Assembly: GCF_009834535.1 (NCBI RefSeq)
Contig: NC_045716.1
Location: forward strand, 21,018,001 to 21,082,000
Length of the DNA: 64,000 nucleotides
Direction: 5' to 3'
Source: Camelus ferus
Lineage: Eukaryota
This document shows, one piece after another, positions 1 through 13,645 of the stretch; position 1 is the first letter of the stretch, and every line of letters starts with the position of its first letter. The notes below the pieces were generated by a model that was given only the letters and a program-made list of their open reading frames with translations, was not told the DNA's origin and did no database searches. The position numbers and the translations under genes are program-made.

Positions 1-2100
1 ATCATAGAGGTCATCTGGGTCCACCACTCCATAGTTCCGGACTCCGGGGAAGCCATCCATGTCTCCATAACAAGCCTCTCGTGGGGTCTGGATGGGATAT
101 CTGGGGAGAGGGTACAAATGCCTTTACCAGGGAGACATCCCATGGTGACCCTCCTGAATTACATTGCCTTTCAAGGCAGCCAGTTGTTCTCTCATCTCTG
201 CAGAAATGCACACCCCTCAGGGCAGGGTCCTAACCCACCCTCCATGGACCAACTTCATTCCCCAGGGCCAGGGAGCCCTTTATGGCCAGCCTGAGGCAGC
301 AGGCAGCCACTGGCAGAGCCGTATGGAGACCATAGCCACCTCAGAGACGACCAGAAGCTCATAGTCCACAGCCCCAGCCCACCTCACGGTCTGGTCAGAC
401 AACCAGCCAGCATCGCACTGTTCATATCCCCCAAGGTAGGCGGCGTAGAGCTGTTCCGGGGTGGCAATGCGGGCTCCGATGCGGGCACAGGCCTCCTGGG
501 CCCCAGCAAAGGAGAAAGCGTAGCGGGCAGAGCCCTCCCGGTAGAGAAAGACGACCCCTGAGGGGCAGAGAAGATCCTGAGGCATGATCACCCAGCACAC
601 TGACCTCCCTTCACCCTCCTTGTCACTCCCTTGTACACAAAGGGTAAAGTCCAAATTGTGCTCACTCTACAGCATGAGGGGCTTAAGTTAGACTGTGAGT
701 AGAACTTCCTCCATCTGAAGAGAAAGGAGGTAACCAAGGCCTGTATCTACTCACTCCTTTTCCAACTCAGTCTGTGCCTTCTAGGTGTTTGCTACCCCCT
801 TAAACTGTAGGCTCCCTGAGGGCTGGAGTCCTCCCTCCCTCTCTCCGGGAACTTCTCTCCGTCCCGCCCTCTAACCTTTGACCTTGACCTCCACAGCGTC
901 GCTGCTGTCATCTATGCCGTGCTGGACCTCGCAGCGGTAGATTCCTGAGTCGTTGGGCCGCAGCTCGCTCAGCGCCAGGGAGACATCGGTGAGTGACGCC
1001 GGGTAGGCAGGCAGTGCCACGCGGAACCGGTAGGCCTCGCTCACCTTGACGCGCAGACCCCGCGCCACCAGCACCTCGGCCTCCCGGCCGCCGGACAGGA
1101 AGGTCCACTTGACCCGCGGGGAGCCCAGCGCCGCCCGGCGGCTCGGCGGCGGCCGCAGGTAGTGAACGTGGCACGGGATGGTGAGGGCGCCGCCCAGAAC
1201 GCCCTGCAGCGGCGCGTCGCCCGCGATGCGCACACTGAAGGCCCGGTCCTCTGAGGGGAGGGGGTGGGATGGGGGTGGGGTGGGGGCTCCCCGTTGGAAC
1301 TTCATGCTGTGGATCCGCTGGAACCCACCCTAGGGTTTCCAAGCCCCACTCTGGGATCCTTCCCGCCCCGCCCCCAGATTCCCAGGCCTCGCCCTTGCGT
1401 TTTTGAAACCCCGCCCCCAGGAACCTGGGCTCCAGCCCTCTGAATCCCGCAAGCCCATCTTTAGGTCCCCCAGGCCCACCCCTCACCGTCTCCAGAACCA
1501 CCGGCAAAGTCTCCCAGTCAGTTTCATCCCCAGAGTATCCCAGTATCACGCCAGGATTCCTGGGCCTCACCCAGGGTCTTCTGACCTCACCTCCTAGGTC
1601 CTCCAGTCCTGTCCTCAAAGTTTCCCTATCTGTCCCCTTCAGAGTCACCCTCAGGATTTCTTCCAACTCCACCTCTGTTCTGCCTCCCAGCTCCATTCAT
1701 CCTGCCCCAAGGATGAATTCTGCCCCAAGGGTCCCCCATCCTCCACCCTGGAGACTGGCAGCCTTGCAACTATGCTAGTGCCACTCCCTGGCCCTACCCC
1801 CAACTTTCCACCACCCTACCAGGGCCCACAACTCATCCCTTATTTTCAAGTGTCCCTGCCCAGACCTCTCCCCACAGCACTCCCAATTCTATCTCCTCCC
1901 TGGATTCCTGGAGGGTAGCAGAGGTTGGCTAGGGCCAAGCAAGAAGCTGCTTCCTACGATAGGGGAGATGCAGGAGACAGAGACAGTGACCTGGAGTGGG
2001 GTTGCTTACCTGAGCTGTCCCCTTCCAGAGCATCAGCCAAGGCTGCAGGGACCTGGGCCAGAGCCAGAGCGGCCAGCAGGGGCAGGAACAGTGGGGCCAT
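1..2100 (-). CDS. BCAN: Brevican core protein, 5' partial (signal peptide, Ig-V domain, start of link module 1); continues beyond the left edge
   Basis: Coding exons on minus: 2100-2010 (91 nt, MAPLFLPLLAALALAQVPAALADALEGDSS), 1250-876 (375 nt, EDRAFSVRIAGD...SGIYRCEVQHGIDDSSDAVEVKVK, Ig-V), 557-383 (175 nt, GVVFLYREGSARYAF...CDAGWLSDQTV), 100-<1 (RYPIQTPREACYGDMDGFPGVRNYGVVDPDDLYD). All have AG/GT ends and the frame is continuous. Lectican G1 architecture, next to HAPLN2. Confidence 0.97.
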
Positions 2101-5100
2101 GATGCAAGCTGATGGAGGGACTTGAGGAGGAAAGATGGGGTCAGACATCAGAATGGACTTCTCTTCTTCTCATACCACATCCACATGGACTCACACATGT
2201 CCTGGCCTTCAAGCCCACTGCCCCCACCACACCATGAACACTATTTCTGATCTCCGTCTCCCTGTTAAGGGGTTTTTATTCACAGCCAAGACCTGGGTCC
2301 TTATCAACTCACTGTGTAACTTTAGGCAAGTTCCTTACTCTCTTTAGGCCTTTGTTTTCTTACTTGTAACTATGCACCATTACTACCACCTCACACACTG
2401 TGATGGGGCTGTGTGCTTTGAGAGTGCTTTTATCCTAAGAGAAAAAAAATCCTGTACAAAAGTACAGCATCCTGAACACAGTAGGAGCTCAGTAAATGCT
2501 TGTAGCCTATAGCATGAATGATGGGTGCTATTATGCTCTAAGCATAACTCTAAGTCCCCTCTGCCTCTCCCAGTGCCAGACTCCTTTGAACTCTCCTCCT
2601 CTCACACTATCCCTCCAAACTTTCTTCCTTCCTGTCCCTTCCTCCCTGAGTATCATACCCACTTAGCCTCCTCCAGGAAGGTTTCCTAGACTAAACCCAG
2701 GCATTACACAGCTCCTCTCCAGCCCAACCTCTCCTCAGCCTCCCCTCACTCCACTATTACTTACAAGGAAACTCTTCTCTTTACTCCCCAGCATCCTCTA
2801 CCCCCCTTCCTTGGCTGCCTTCTCCCTTCTTCCTCCCAGCCTTTCCTTTCTGCCTGGCACGGTCTTTCCCACCGGATCTCCTGGCTCAGAAACAGCTGGG
2901 ACAAAGCCCCTGTCTCTGCCAGTCTGGCCTTCCTCCAGCCTCTCCCTTCCCCCACCCTGGCCCTGGACAGGGCAGTGGGCTAAGGGGGGAAGTGAGAATA
3001 AATGAGAGGGAACATCTCCCTCATGCCCTTGGCTATCAGAAGCTCTGAGAACTCAGAGTATTCCTCTGAGGATCCCAAAACACTTACACGCTCATAATGG
3101 AGGGATGAGGGTGGGACATTGAGAAATGGGCCCGGAAGAGATAGCATTGACCCTGAGTCAGGCACTAGGTCAATATGCCCCCACGAGGGAAGGCTGCAGA
3201 GTCAAAGTCATCTTTAAGGGTTAGGCTAGACTCAGAAGAGTATGGAGACCCGAGTCTGCCATGGAATAGGCCAATGGTGCAGCAGGAGAGATGAAGGTTA
3301 GACTGAAGGCAAGACTTCCTAGAGATTAGGCTTATTCCCGCTGGCTACTCACTCTCATTTTCAGGCCTATTGTTCCCCCTCCATCTTCCCTGACTTCTCA
3401 GGCTCTGCCTTCATACATGTCCACCCTTTCCTGAGCCTGAGCTGATGGGAAATTTCCTTCTTAGATCCTCCCAGGGTGCTCTGCACCACTGTAACCTCCA
3501 TTTTCCCTCTATGGCAGGGCATCTTTCCTCAGGGTCAGAATTAGGGGAAGAGTGGCAAAAGCCAGATGCCCAGGGCCTCTCTCTGACCTTTGAGAGGGAG
3601 GAGATTCCTGATGGGGCCAGATCAGATGGTACTGAGACCAGCTCTGGGCATGGGGGCACTTGAGAGAACTGCTTTCTGAGGCTGGAGGGGGGGACCATTT
3701 GGCATAAACAGCCAGTGCCTGCCGGGTGCTTGGGAGACTGTTTGCCATGCATTTGAGCTGTGCCAGGTCCTGAGCCAGGCCCCTTTCTGGCACCCTCCCT
3801 CCCCTCTCTCTGGGTTGGAGCTGGAGCTGCTCACAGGCCTGGCTCTCAGCTTTCTGACGGGCGGCCCAGAAACCCATATAGCTGGAGCCACTCTGGGACC
3901 ATCACCCTAGTCCCCCCTTTCACCTTTGTTATGTAGGTGGGGGAATGAAGGGAGAAAGTCTGGTCTAATGAGGACCTGGCTGCCCTGGACCGTGGAGGGT
4001 ATCTCACCCCTACCTCCAGGACTGGGAGCCAGAGAGGCCAAGAGGGTGGCCCTGACTGTGTGGTTCTCACAGAGAGCTCTGCACACCCTCCATGCCCCCA
4101 CCAATCACACTAAGCTTGGCCTCAAGCCCCTTCCTGGCGTAGCTAGCAGTCCTGGGAAAACTTAAGCATTCCCTCCCCTCGCACCAGACTCAGACCCAGG
4201 GGTTCAGGCCTTGGCCTTCTCCATCCCACACACCCACCCACCTCTCCTCATCTTCTCATCCTCCAGAGCAGGACACTCCATCTCTAACCTCAAGAGCTCA
4301 GCAGTCTTCCTGTCCCTTCTCCTAATGCCACACCATCCCTCTGCTCTAGCATCTGGACTTCAGCCTTTGTCCTGAGTTTCCCCAGCTATTCAGGAAACTT
4401 CCCTCTCATTACATTATCATTCCTGTCTGACCATGGACATCCATCTCCCTCACAGACTTCATGAATGCAATNNNNNNNNNNNNNNNNNNNNNNNNNNNNN
4501 NNNNNNNNNNNNNNNNNNNNNNNNNNNNNNNNNNNNNNNNNNNNNNNNNNNNNNNNNNNNNNNNNNNNNNNNNNNNNNNNNNNNNNNNNNNNNNNNNNNN
4601 GCTGAATGCCCACCAGCTGGCAGTCCAGGTTCTGCCCACAGGAGCTGAGCTCCAGCACTCAGCAGGGTTAGCAGGGATACACAGGAGGCCAGAGCTTCAG
4701 TCACCACAGGAGGGAAGCTCTTAACTATTCCCTTAGCAGCTGTGTGAGGGGCAACATGAACCTCCACAATGTCAGTAAAGCCTTAGCAGGCCTGAAGGAG
4801 TAATTGCAGTAATCGTATAAATAGTCCTATTTATTGGAAGCACAACTAGATTAGCAACATTGCCAGCTGAGCTGTTACAGCTCCTCCTCGTATAAAATCT
4901 TAAATGTGGACGGTGCTGTTATCAACAGCAAAGTTAGCCGTGACAACACAAGCACCAGCATTACTGGGGGTGGGTCTGTGGGTGACAGTGTCCCTTGATC
5001 TTACTAGTATTATCTGGAATAGAAGTAATGCAGATATTAATGGTGCTCACAAAACTGGTGGCAAATCTTGGTCCTGTTAGAACCAAGTGGACAGAGCTAT

Positions 5101-5259
5101 TCTGATAGGAAGCGGATATGGAAGTACCTGGGGCGAGTGAGGGGGTTCCCTAGCTCAACAGCAGTGCCAGGAAGGAAAGCGGAAGTGATGACTGAAATTC
5201 CAGCTAACGGTTACTGACCATTTACCTGAGCCGGGCTTCTTACTACATGCTTCCTATAT

Positions 5260-5390
5260 ATAACCTCAACTTTGAGGAAAAACACTGTTTATACATTACA
5301 CTGATGAGGCACTTGAGATTCAGGGAGGTCAACTAACTTGCTCAAGGTCACACAGCAAGTAAGGGGCAGAGCTGGCATTCTAGCTCCAGC
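5260..5390 (-). mobile_element. MIR SINE fragment
   Basis: AACTTGCTCAAGGTCACACAGC...GGCAGAGCTGG is the reverse complement of the MIR core. Many other MIR fragments occur (about 9.6, 20.8, 21.4, 23.5, 33.9, 35.0, 35.4, 37.2, 41.8, 43.5, 44.7, 48.9, 54.0 and 61.1 kb). Confidence 0.7.
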
Positions 5391-6340
5391 CGGCACGCGG
5401 AGACCACTTCTACAGCGGATCCTATCGGTTGTCCTGCGGGCTACAGGGAGGTACCCCCAGAAGAAGGGTTGCTCACCGCAGCTCCTCCAGCGGTGATGCC
5501 CGCAGAATAGGTACAGAGCCGGGGGCTGAACCTCGAACTGCCACCGCCCTGCCCAAGGCAAGACCGGAAATCTCGGCGGCGGTGCTGGGACTGGAGCGCG
5601 CAGCAGTGAAGATGTGAGGACCAAGAGGGGCGTTCCCATCATCCCGCGGACTCAAAGGGGCTGCGGGTCAAACTGCAAGCAGCAATGGGGGTGCCAGCAG
5701 CAGAGCTGGGCGGCAGAGCTGGAGATGGCAGCAGGGCCGTGGGCGCTCCGGGGTGGCCGACAGCGGACCTCCCGGAGGTGTCAGGGGTTGGCGAGTTGGG
5801 TGCGCCAGAGCCACGGAGGGCAAGGGCTGCGGGGTGGGAGGTGCTCCCTTCTCTCCCCTTCCCAGGGGGCGGCCGGGCTGTGCTCACACTCACCTACCCG
5901 CGGGCGGCCGAGGACCAGGATGGGGGCTCAGCACTGCGAAGTTTGCCTCCTCCTCCGGGGGTCTCCTCCGGGTCCACTTCTGGGTCCTGCAGCTGCAGCC
6001 GAGACTGCGGCGGGGACTGCGCGGGCGCAAGGAGAGGCTGGGCCCGCAGGACTCTCGGAAGAGGGCGCCGGGCCGCCGGGCGCTGCACAAAACCCCCTTT
6101 CTTCCCCCCCCCCCCGCCCCCGCCCCGCTCTTCCTAGGGGCCGCCCCCGCCCCCGGGTTGGGAACGCGGGGGGCTCTGGAAGATCACGGGACCTGCTGCC
6201 TCTTCTGCGTCGGTTCCCGGCGGCGGCAGCCGTGAGAGCAAGGACGAGCGAAGTAGGACATCGTCCTGGGGATGAGAAGCCGAAGACTTGGAGAAGGGAG
6301 GGAGGGCAGAAGGGGCGGGCAGGGAGAGCTCGCCGAGCTA
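5380..6340. promoter_or_regulatory. CpG island / GC-box promoter of BCAN
   Basis: Dense CpG. Repeated CCCCGCCCC GC boxes at about 6110-6155, just upstream of exon 1. Confidence 0.8.
5894..6060 (-). other. BCAN: BCAN non-coding exon 1 (5' end approximate)
   Basis: Strong minus-strand donor CGGGTAG|GTGAGT with GT at 5893-5892, inside a CpG island. Would join the acceptor at 2108, which lies 8 nt before the ATG. Confidence 0.8.
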
Positions 6341-9300
6341 GAGGATGATGTTGTAGCTGGAGGGATGGAAGTTAGATAGTCGGAGGGACTTCCCCTTAGT
6401 CAAGGGAAAGGAGGAGGGACTCAGACTTAGTGGGGAAAAGGATGGAAGGAGAATGGGAAGGAGGCTTTGCTCCTGGAGAGATACCACACATATATAAAAA
6501 CGGGGGAGGGAATCTCTTATTTGGAGGCAGGATGAGGTGCAAATGACCTTAGCCACCTCCCTGGAGGAAGCTCTGATTGGATTTTGTCTCCTGTGGTGCT
6601 CCTACTCCCTGCACAGAGGACGAGCTGACTTTGCAGCTGGAGGGATGGAGGTTAGAGAGCAGATTCATGGGTTAAGCAAAGCAAGTCAGGAACTCTAGAC
6701 ATGGGGGTGGGGGTGGGAAGTGGCACCGTGAATGAACATTACTGCTCATGCAAACCAATGTGCAAAGTGCAGGCGTTGCTGGGAGCCCAGAGGGCCCACT
6801 GGCCAGAGCTCGCTGATGAATGTGCAGCCTGGTGCCAGGGGGTGGTCCGTGAGTGCTGCCCAGCCGCTGGGGACTCCTCAGCGCCCAGAATACCAATGAC
6901 ACCCCCCTCACAGCTCCAGGGCCTCCACTTCCCTCTTCTTTCCCAGACTCTCTTTCCCCCTCCCTCCTCCTTTCTCCCTCCTCCCTCCTGGGATTCCAGG
7001 CAAAGTCCTCTGCACTGACTGTGGGTAGCACAGACAGACACCTGGATTCTCTCCCCTGAATGCCAGTGATGGCATCGACGATAGCTTGTCAGAGGCTTTG
7101 ATTCCCACAATCTCTAGCAGCACCTCCAAAATAACCCAAGTAAAGTGGGGTGCCTGTGATACAAATGCAGCCTCAGGGCAGGTCACTGACCTTTCATCTA
7201 GACTCACCCAAGTCCCCGCTGTGTGGAAATTCTGGAATACTCCATGTCCACTGTGGAACAGGCACTATTTTAGTGCTTGGGAATGCTGTCCCAAGTCCTC
7301 TGGTGGAGGGGGGAGGAATCTGAGAAGGCCCTTGGGGACAGATCTGGGCAGCACCTCTGTAGCCCTAGGACTTGGCATCCCTGAGCTGAAAGACAGTCTC
7401 AGCATGGGGGCATGTATCCAGCCTAATCCCCACAGAGGCTTGTCTCCATCTGGGCTTGTTAGGGCTTGAGCCCAGCAAAGCAGAGCCAGGTAACCAAGTG
7501 GCTGAAATTCAATCCTAGTGGTGGCTCACATGTAACCACAATTCTTGCCTCAGGGAAACCTGGCTGTGACCAGAGAAGATGGAGAAAGTGACCTTCCTCA
7601 CCACCTCCCTTCATAAGTAGAAATGCGGGTACATATTTTGGTGCTCTGGGGGAGTCCAACCTTGATGGAGGCTGGCAGCACCTGGGTCTGGAGAAGCACT
7701 GGTACCAGACAGTTTGTTCCAAGAAGCAGACCCCTGGTGGGAAACCAGATCTGGTGAGAGAACAGTCAGCTGCTGCTGTGAGGATCTTGAAGAGAGCCAG
7801 GACTCTGGAGTCATGGGCACTGAGGTCAAGCTCCTGTTCTGCCATTTGCATTTCCCAAAACTTTGGGAAGACCTTTGTTTCTCTACAACAATTTCTTCTT
7901 CTGTACAATGGGCTGAGTGCTATCTGCTGCTCTGGGTAGCATCTGCTGCACTTGGGCTGGCTAAGCCCTGGCCCATGGCTTGGGCTCAGCAAAATCTGAT
8001 TCTTTTCCTTTACTAGTCATACACACACAAACACAGAGTAATTTGTACCAGATCTCCTGGCCAGGAGGTCAGTGGGCCACTCCTCTGTGAACTGGATAGA
8101 GGGCTCACTATTTGAGAGAGGAGTCCTTTCCCTAGGATTTCCCAGGGGAGAAAATGAGCACTTCCTCAAGACTTCCCAACATTTCCAGCTGAAAAATGCA
8201 TACTGAAGTCTGACCTGCACTTTGACCTGGAAATTTCTGATCAGGAACTTTCTATATTTGCATCTTGACCCATGGCCATGTGACAACCCTGGCCCATTTC
8301 TATCTGCTTTTTGAGAAGAGGTGAGAACCAAGACCTTCCCCTCTAGGACTCAGAAAGGGATCCTCATGGACTGGCTGGAAGCAAACAGGATCAATGGAAG
8401 CAGGAAGAGTGAAAGTCAGATTTCAAGTAGAACTAACTTCCTGTCCCACTAATAGGAGGAGAATGTCTCAGGTATCTTTAGGTATCTTCTGGGTGAGGAA
8501 ACTGAGGCCCAAAGTGATGATGTGACTGTCTAGGGTCACATAGCATGAAACTGACTGACTGACCGTGACCCCAAACCTAAATCTCCTGCCTCCCAATGTT
8601 CTTGCCAGGGCCCCCAGCTGTCTCTCTCAGGGGAGAGAAAATGGGGGAGGTGAGGAGAAGAAAGAGAGAAGGAGGGAGTGGTGGCAGCTCTCCTCTTCTA
8701 CATGCAATCAGCTGGCCCGTCTCCCAGCCTCCTGGGCCCTGGGGATTTTTCCAATCTCTCTGGATGAGAACAGTAAATCTCTTGCCCTCACCCTGCTAAG
8801 CCTCCCATCCAGGACAAAGCTGAGGCCATGACCCTAGTTCAGGAAACAGAATCTCCCCTCCAAGTTCTAGCATCCCAACCTCCCCCCAGCTCCAGTGTTA
8901 GCCCTGGGTCTTCCTCACTATATTCCCAACCACAGGGAGAGTCTGTCCCTCCAGCCTCTTGAACACCTGCCCCCACTTTCCCAGACTGAGGGGTAGGGGC
9001 CCAAGCATCTTGGTTTTTTTCTCAGGCGCTGCACATCACACAGGCACCTGGATCCTATGCCGCGGGGACATGGGAGTGGGGCTGAAGGGGGGGATGGACA
9101 CGGCACTGAACGCTGGCACAGCTGTGTTTGGAGAATAGAGGCTTTGATAGCTTCTGAAAGGGGCCAGGAAGCACGGGACCCCAGCCCAGGCGAGGGAGGG
9201 CCCAGGAAGGGCTGGGTGTAACTCAGGGCTCCTGCAGCTGACCGCGGGCAGGGGGTGGGGTAGGTGGGAGGGGAAGTAGGGTGCCGAGGGGATCTACAGG

Positions 9301-10459
9301 CTGAACAGCATTGTGGGAGAGCCTCTGCTGTGTGAGCTGGAGCCAGCTGTCCCCCCTGAGCTAACAGACCCTGGCTTTGAGGGCTGCAAATTCATGTGTA
9401 CAGAGGAGATCATCAGCCTGTTTCTCAAAGAACAGCTGAAGAACTGGAAGGCTTAACCCTGAGTACATGCAAATCTACTTCTTGAGAAAAAGTCAGTTCC
9501 ATCTGCAGGCTCCCCGCAGCCCCTCTCCCTGTCCCCTGAGGGGAAAGACTGCTCACTTTTCTGTGATACTGAGGAAGGTACTAATCTTTCTGAGCCTCAG
9601 TTTCTTCACTTGTAAAATGGTAATAACATCTTATTTTATGGTTTTGATCTTGGAATCACATAAATGTTTTATTTAATTAAAGCACCAAATTAAATTAGAA
9701 TTAATTTTAGATTAAATAAAACAGAGGGAAAGTGATGCAATCCCTAAACATTTAAAACAGACTGAAACAAATGCACCTAATTATATATGAAGTTGGAGGC
9801 AAAGCCACATAGAAGAATTTTCTTTCAAGTGATTATGAAACTCAGCATTTTGACTATAGATCCCTAAGGACAAAGAGAACCATGGACAAATCTTAATGCT
9901 GGCATTATTTTGAAAAGTGCTATTTATGGTGATAAAGCAAATAAGTAATTATAGTAATGGTGTTAAGAACTAAGGTTTTCAGTGTAAGAAAAGCAAAGTT
10001 AAGCAAAAATTGCTAATCTTAAATCTGGATTGAAAATAGCAGCATGACTTCATCCTTTGCATATTTATCTTCTGTCTACTGAAGAGGCTTAGAATCAGTG
10101 ACAGACCAGAAACAGTGAATACCCCTTGTGTCCGGATCATGGTGTCTAAATAGTACTTTTCACTAAAAGGAACCTTCGGAGAAATTCCAGGTCTGGGGCA
10201 GGATAACTTGTCATACTTGAGAACAAGGAAGTTATGAGACTCAGGTCAGGCTCATGTCAAAAGGACCCAGTAGCCAACTTGAAATGACTCCCACTGGCCA
10301 AAGACAAGACAACATCAGTGCTAAGCTGAGTAATGACTGAAGAGATTGAAACAGGTCGAATGGATTAAGAAGTCCATGAGTTCATGATACTAAAAAATAA
10401 AATCACTGGTCACCTCCAGATGTTGTTAGGCATCAACTCATAATTTTGAAAGTTAATGG

Positions 10460-13400
10460 GATATAGCAGATCCTGTTGGTGCCTCCATCCATCTGCCCTT
10501 AGCAGTCACCTCAACAAGCCAAAGGCTCGGGGATTATTTTCGATGTTGGGGTACACTTGGCCTAAATGCCTGACAAGTCAGAATGGCCCTGGCAACAGCC
10601 CTCAACCAGTGACAGAGGGCAAGTTGACAGACTAAAACCCCAGCCCCTCACCTCTCAGGTGGGAACAGTGGGAGGGAAGTTCCCCACAGCCTCCCCCAGC
10701 CCCCAGCACCTTGGAGCTCCAGCTGCCCATAGTCATCAGCTGCTCAATTATTTGGATTATTTACTTAATTACTTGTTGGATTCCCTCCTTTTCCTGTTTC
10801 CCTTTCCTATTAAGATCTAGAAATTCTGAGACCCACCAAGTCACAAGCACACATGGGTGGGCATAGCAGCAATCCAAAATGTACATTTGTGATGAGGTCT
10901 GAGTGCATTCAGAGGGCACGAGGAAGCTACATGGGCAGGAAGCCCCGACTCCCACATCGTCTATCTCTGCTGCACCGTCCCATCTCTCTCAGCTCACTCT
11001 GTAGCCTTGTTGGGCTGGTCTGTGATCAGAATTCAGAGGAGAAAAAAAGCCCACACCTGGTCCATGAATGGATCACTTTGATAGATTGATGTGAGCTAAA
11101 CATGGGTTGTTACCACACTCCAGCCCCACTCAGGGGTGGCCCTAAAAGACATGGTGAAAGAAAGTCCTCCAAACAGGAGATTTCAAACGATACCCTAGTC
11201 ATCTACTTTGCAAGGAGAGAGGTGACTGGAGCGAAGTATATACATGGACTCTTGAGCAGTGGTAAACGGTTTGGCTGGTAGGTCAGGCCATGAAAGGGCA
11301 AAACTGGAAGATTGGAGATAAGGAAGTCTAGGGAAGAGCTATATGGATGGATTTACAGGAGTGGGCATTGTGTCTATGGCAGTATCATTGAAGAGCATTC
11401 ACTGCAGAGGAGACATCGAATGGCTAAGGGGACAGAAGGACTCCAGTGGATAACAGCCAGTCTTTGTCCTCCGCCATGCCAGGGCTGCACAATGGGCCCA
11501 TGAATGGAGTAGTTGTGGCAGTAAATATGGAGACTATGTCAGGGCTCACCAGCATGGGCTCCCTCTCACCAAGGCTGATCTAGCTACTGCCACTGCTGGA
11601 TGTTTGGTCTGTCAGCAGCAGAGACAAATGCTGAAAACTCAACATGGCACCATCCCTCAAAGAGACCAATCAGCCACTGGGAAGTATGTTGATTACAACA
11701 GTACCTCTTTCAGTCTGCAGTGGGGAGCAATAATTCCTTACTGGGATTAATGCATATTCTGTATATGGATTTGCCTTCCCTGCCCAAGTGCCTTGGCCAT
11801 CACCAATATCAGTAGCCAAGGAAATAAAGGAAATGATTTTTCTTTATGAGATCCCATATATATCACCTCTAACCAAAGGAATCCACTTTACAGTGAAGGA
11901 AATGTGACAATGGACATGTGACCACAGGATCCATTGGCCCTACAATACACCATATCACCTTGAAATTGCCAGCCAGATAGTACATTAGTATGGTCTTTTT
12001 TTTAAATTGAAGTATACTCAGTTTACAATGTCGTGTCAATTTCTGGTGTACAGCATAATGTTTCAGTCATACATATACATACATATATTCCTTTTCATAT
12101 TCTTTTGCATTATAGGTTACTGCAAAATATTGAATATAGATCCCTGTGCTATACAGAAGAAACTTGTTGAATATCTATTTTATATATAGTAGTTAGTATC
12201 TGAAAATCTCCAACTCCCAATTTATCCCTTCCCACCCCCATTACCCCCTGGTAACCATAACTTTGTTTTCTATATCTGTGAGTCTCTGTTTCATAAATAA
12301 ATTCATTTGTGTCTTTTTTTTTAGATTCCACATATAAGTGATATCATATGGTATTTTTCTTTCTCTTTCTGGTTTACTTCACTTAGAATGACAATCTCCA
12401 AGTCCATCCATTTTGCTGCAAATGGCATTATTTTATTCTTTTTTAAGGCTGAGTATTATTCCATTGTATAATTATACCTAATATGGCCTTTTTACAGCAC
12501 ATCTAATACGAGCTTGGGGAAAACATCCTCTGGATTAAGGTACTGTTTTCAAAATGTAGCATATATATTTTGAACCAATGGCCATTTCATGGTGCTCAAA
12601 ATGATGGGTTCAGGAACCAGGGAATGGAAGTAGAAACATCCCTCTCACCATCAGTCCCAGTGACCCACTGGGGGAATCTGTGACTCAGTTAAGGCTCAGC
12701 AGGGTTAGAAGCCCTAGTTCCTAGGGTGGGAGATGCTTCCACCAGCGGTCACAGTAGGGGTACCACTAAACCTAAGGCTATGGCAGCTTCTGGGTCATTT
12801 TGGGCACCTTCTGCCAACTGAGCTGTACATAGGCAAAGAAAAGAATTATATTGGCAAAGACATTTGTTCTTGATTATCCAATGAACAGGCAGTTATGGCA
12901 ATGTTGGCCTGTCAAGGGCACAGTAATGAAAGGCTGAGGGATGAAGAGATGAAAGGTTGGGTTTTCCCACTGTGAAAGCCTCACAGACCAATGGAATAAG
13001 TTGTAGAGGAGGGAGATGTTAAATATTGATTACAGCCTTGGAACCAACTGCAGCAACCGTGACTTGAGTTTGTCCCACTAACCCTCCTGTGATAAGACTT
13101 CCTTTTTAAATAATTAGCAATGATTAGCAATTGTGATTGGCCACCACCTTGAAGACTCAGTGAGGGAACAAAGTGAACTTATCATGGAGGCACAAATGGG
13201 TCTGAGCAGTGCCAAAGGGGTAGCTGTGGCCAGTATCCTTCGCATTCACCTCTGCAAGGAGAAAGCATCTCAAAGAGCATCTGTGACTCTGCCTGGGGAC
13301 TTTTTTTTCCTGATGGTGGGAGCATGTTTCTGCTAGGGATGCTACAGGGTTAGCGCTCCCAGGAGAAGCCCTCACCTTTCAGACAGGAAGTTGACCAGTA

Positions 13401-13645
13401 ATACTCTGGACTCTTTGTCCCTCGGGTGGGATTTCCTGAGACAGGTTCTACACTGCCTTCCAGAATTCCCCTGCAGAACTGAGCCCCAGTTGGTTCACCT
13501 GCTCTGTCACAACCTTTCATCAGCTTCTCTCCCTTCCCTTTCCTGTCTCACTTCTCCACTCCTCGACCATTGCCTCTTAGCATGACCTCCAAGGTAAACT
13601 CCTTGTACTCAAAGTCTTGCCTCGTGTCTGCTTTTAGGGAAGCCT
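10460..13645 (+). mobile_element. Degenerate ERVL-class endogenous retrovirus with pol remnants (limits approximate)
   Basis: Broken translation gives RNase H-like AVVNGLAGRSG...WKIGDKEV*GRAIWMDL (about 11257-11355) and integrase-like ATATAGCLVCQQQRQML...YVDY...LTGINAYSVYGFAFPA (11583-11784), typical of ERVL pol. Many stops and frameshifts. Confidence 0.7.
11996..12478 (-). mobile_element. 5'-truncated L1 3' end inserted in the ERVL relic
   Basis: Poly-T then TAAATTGAAGTATACTCAGTTTACAATG... (L1 3' UTR in antisense). Flanked by 14-bp imperfect target-site duplication TAGTATGGTCTTTT (11986-11999) / TAATATGGCCTTTT (12479-12492). Confidence 0.8.

Noticed and set aside
5614-6348. 244-aa plus-strand ORF and other long ORFs over the BCAN promoter
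   Set aside because: Stop-poor GC-rich CpG-island sequence with low-complexity G/R/P peptides and no recognisable domain.
6841-6858. REST/NRSE-like GGTGGTCCGTGAGTGCTG upstream of BCAN
   Set aside because: Needs a 1-nt insertion between half-sites and the left half is poor. Not supportable without a PWM scan.
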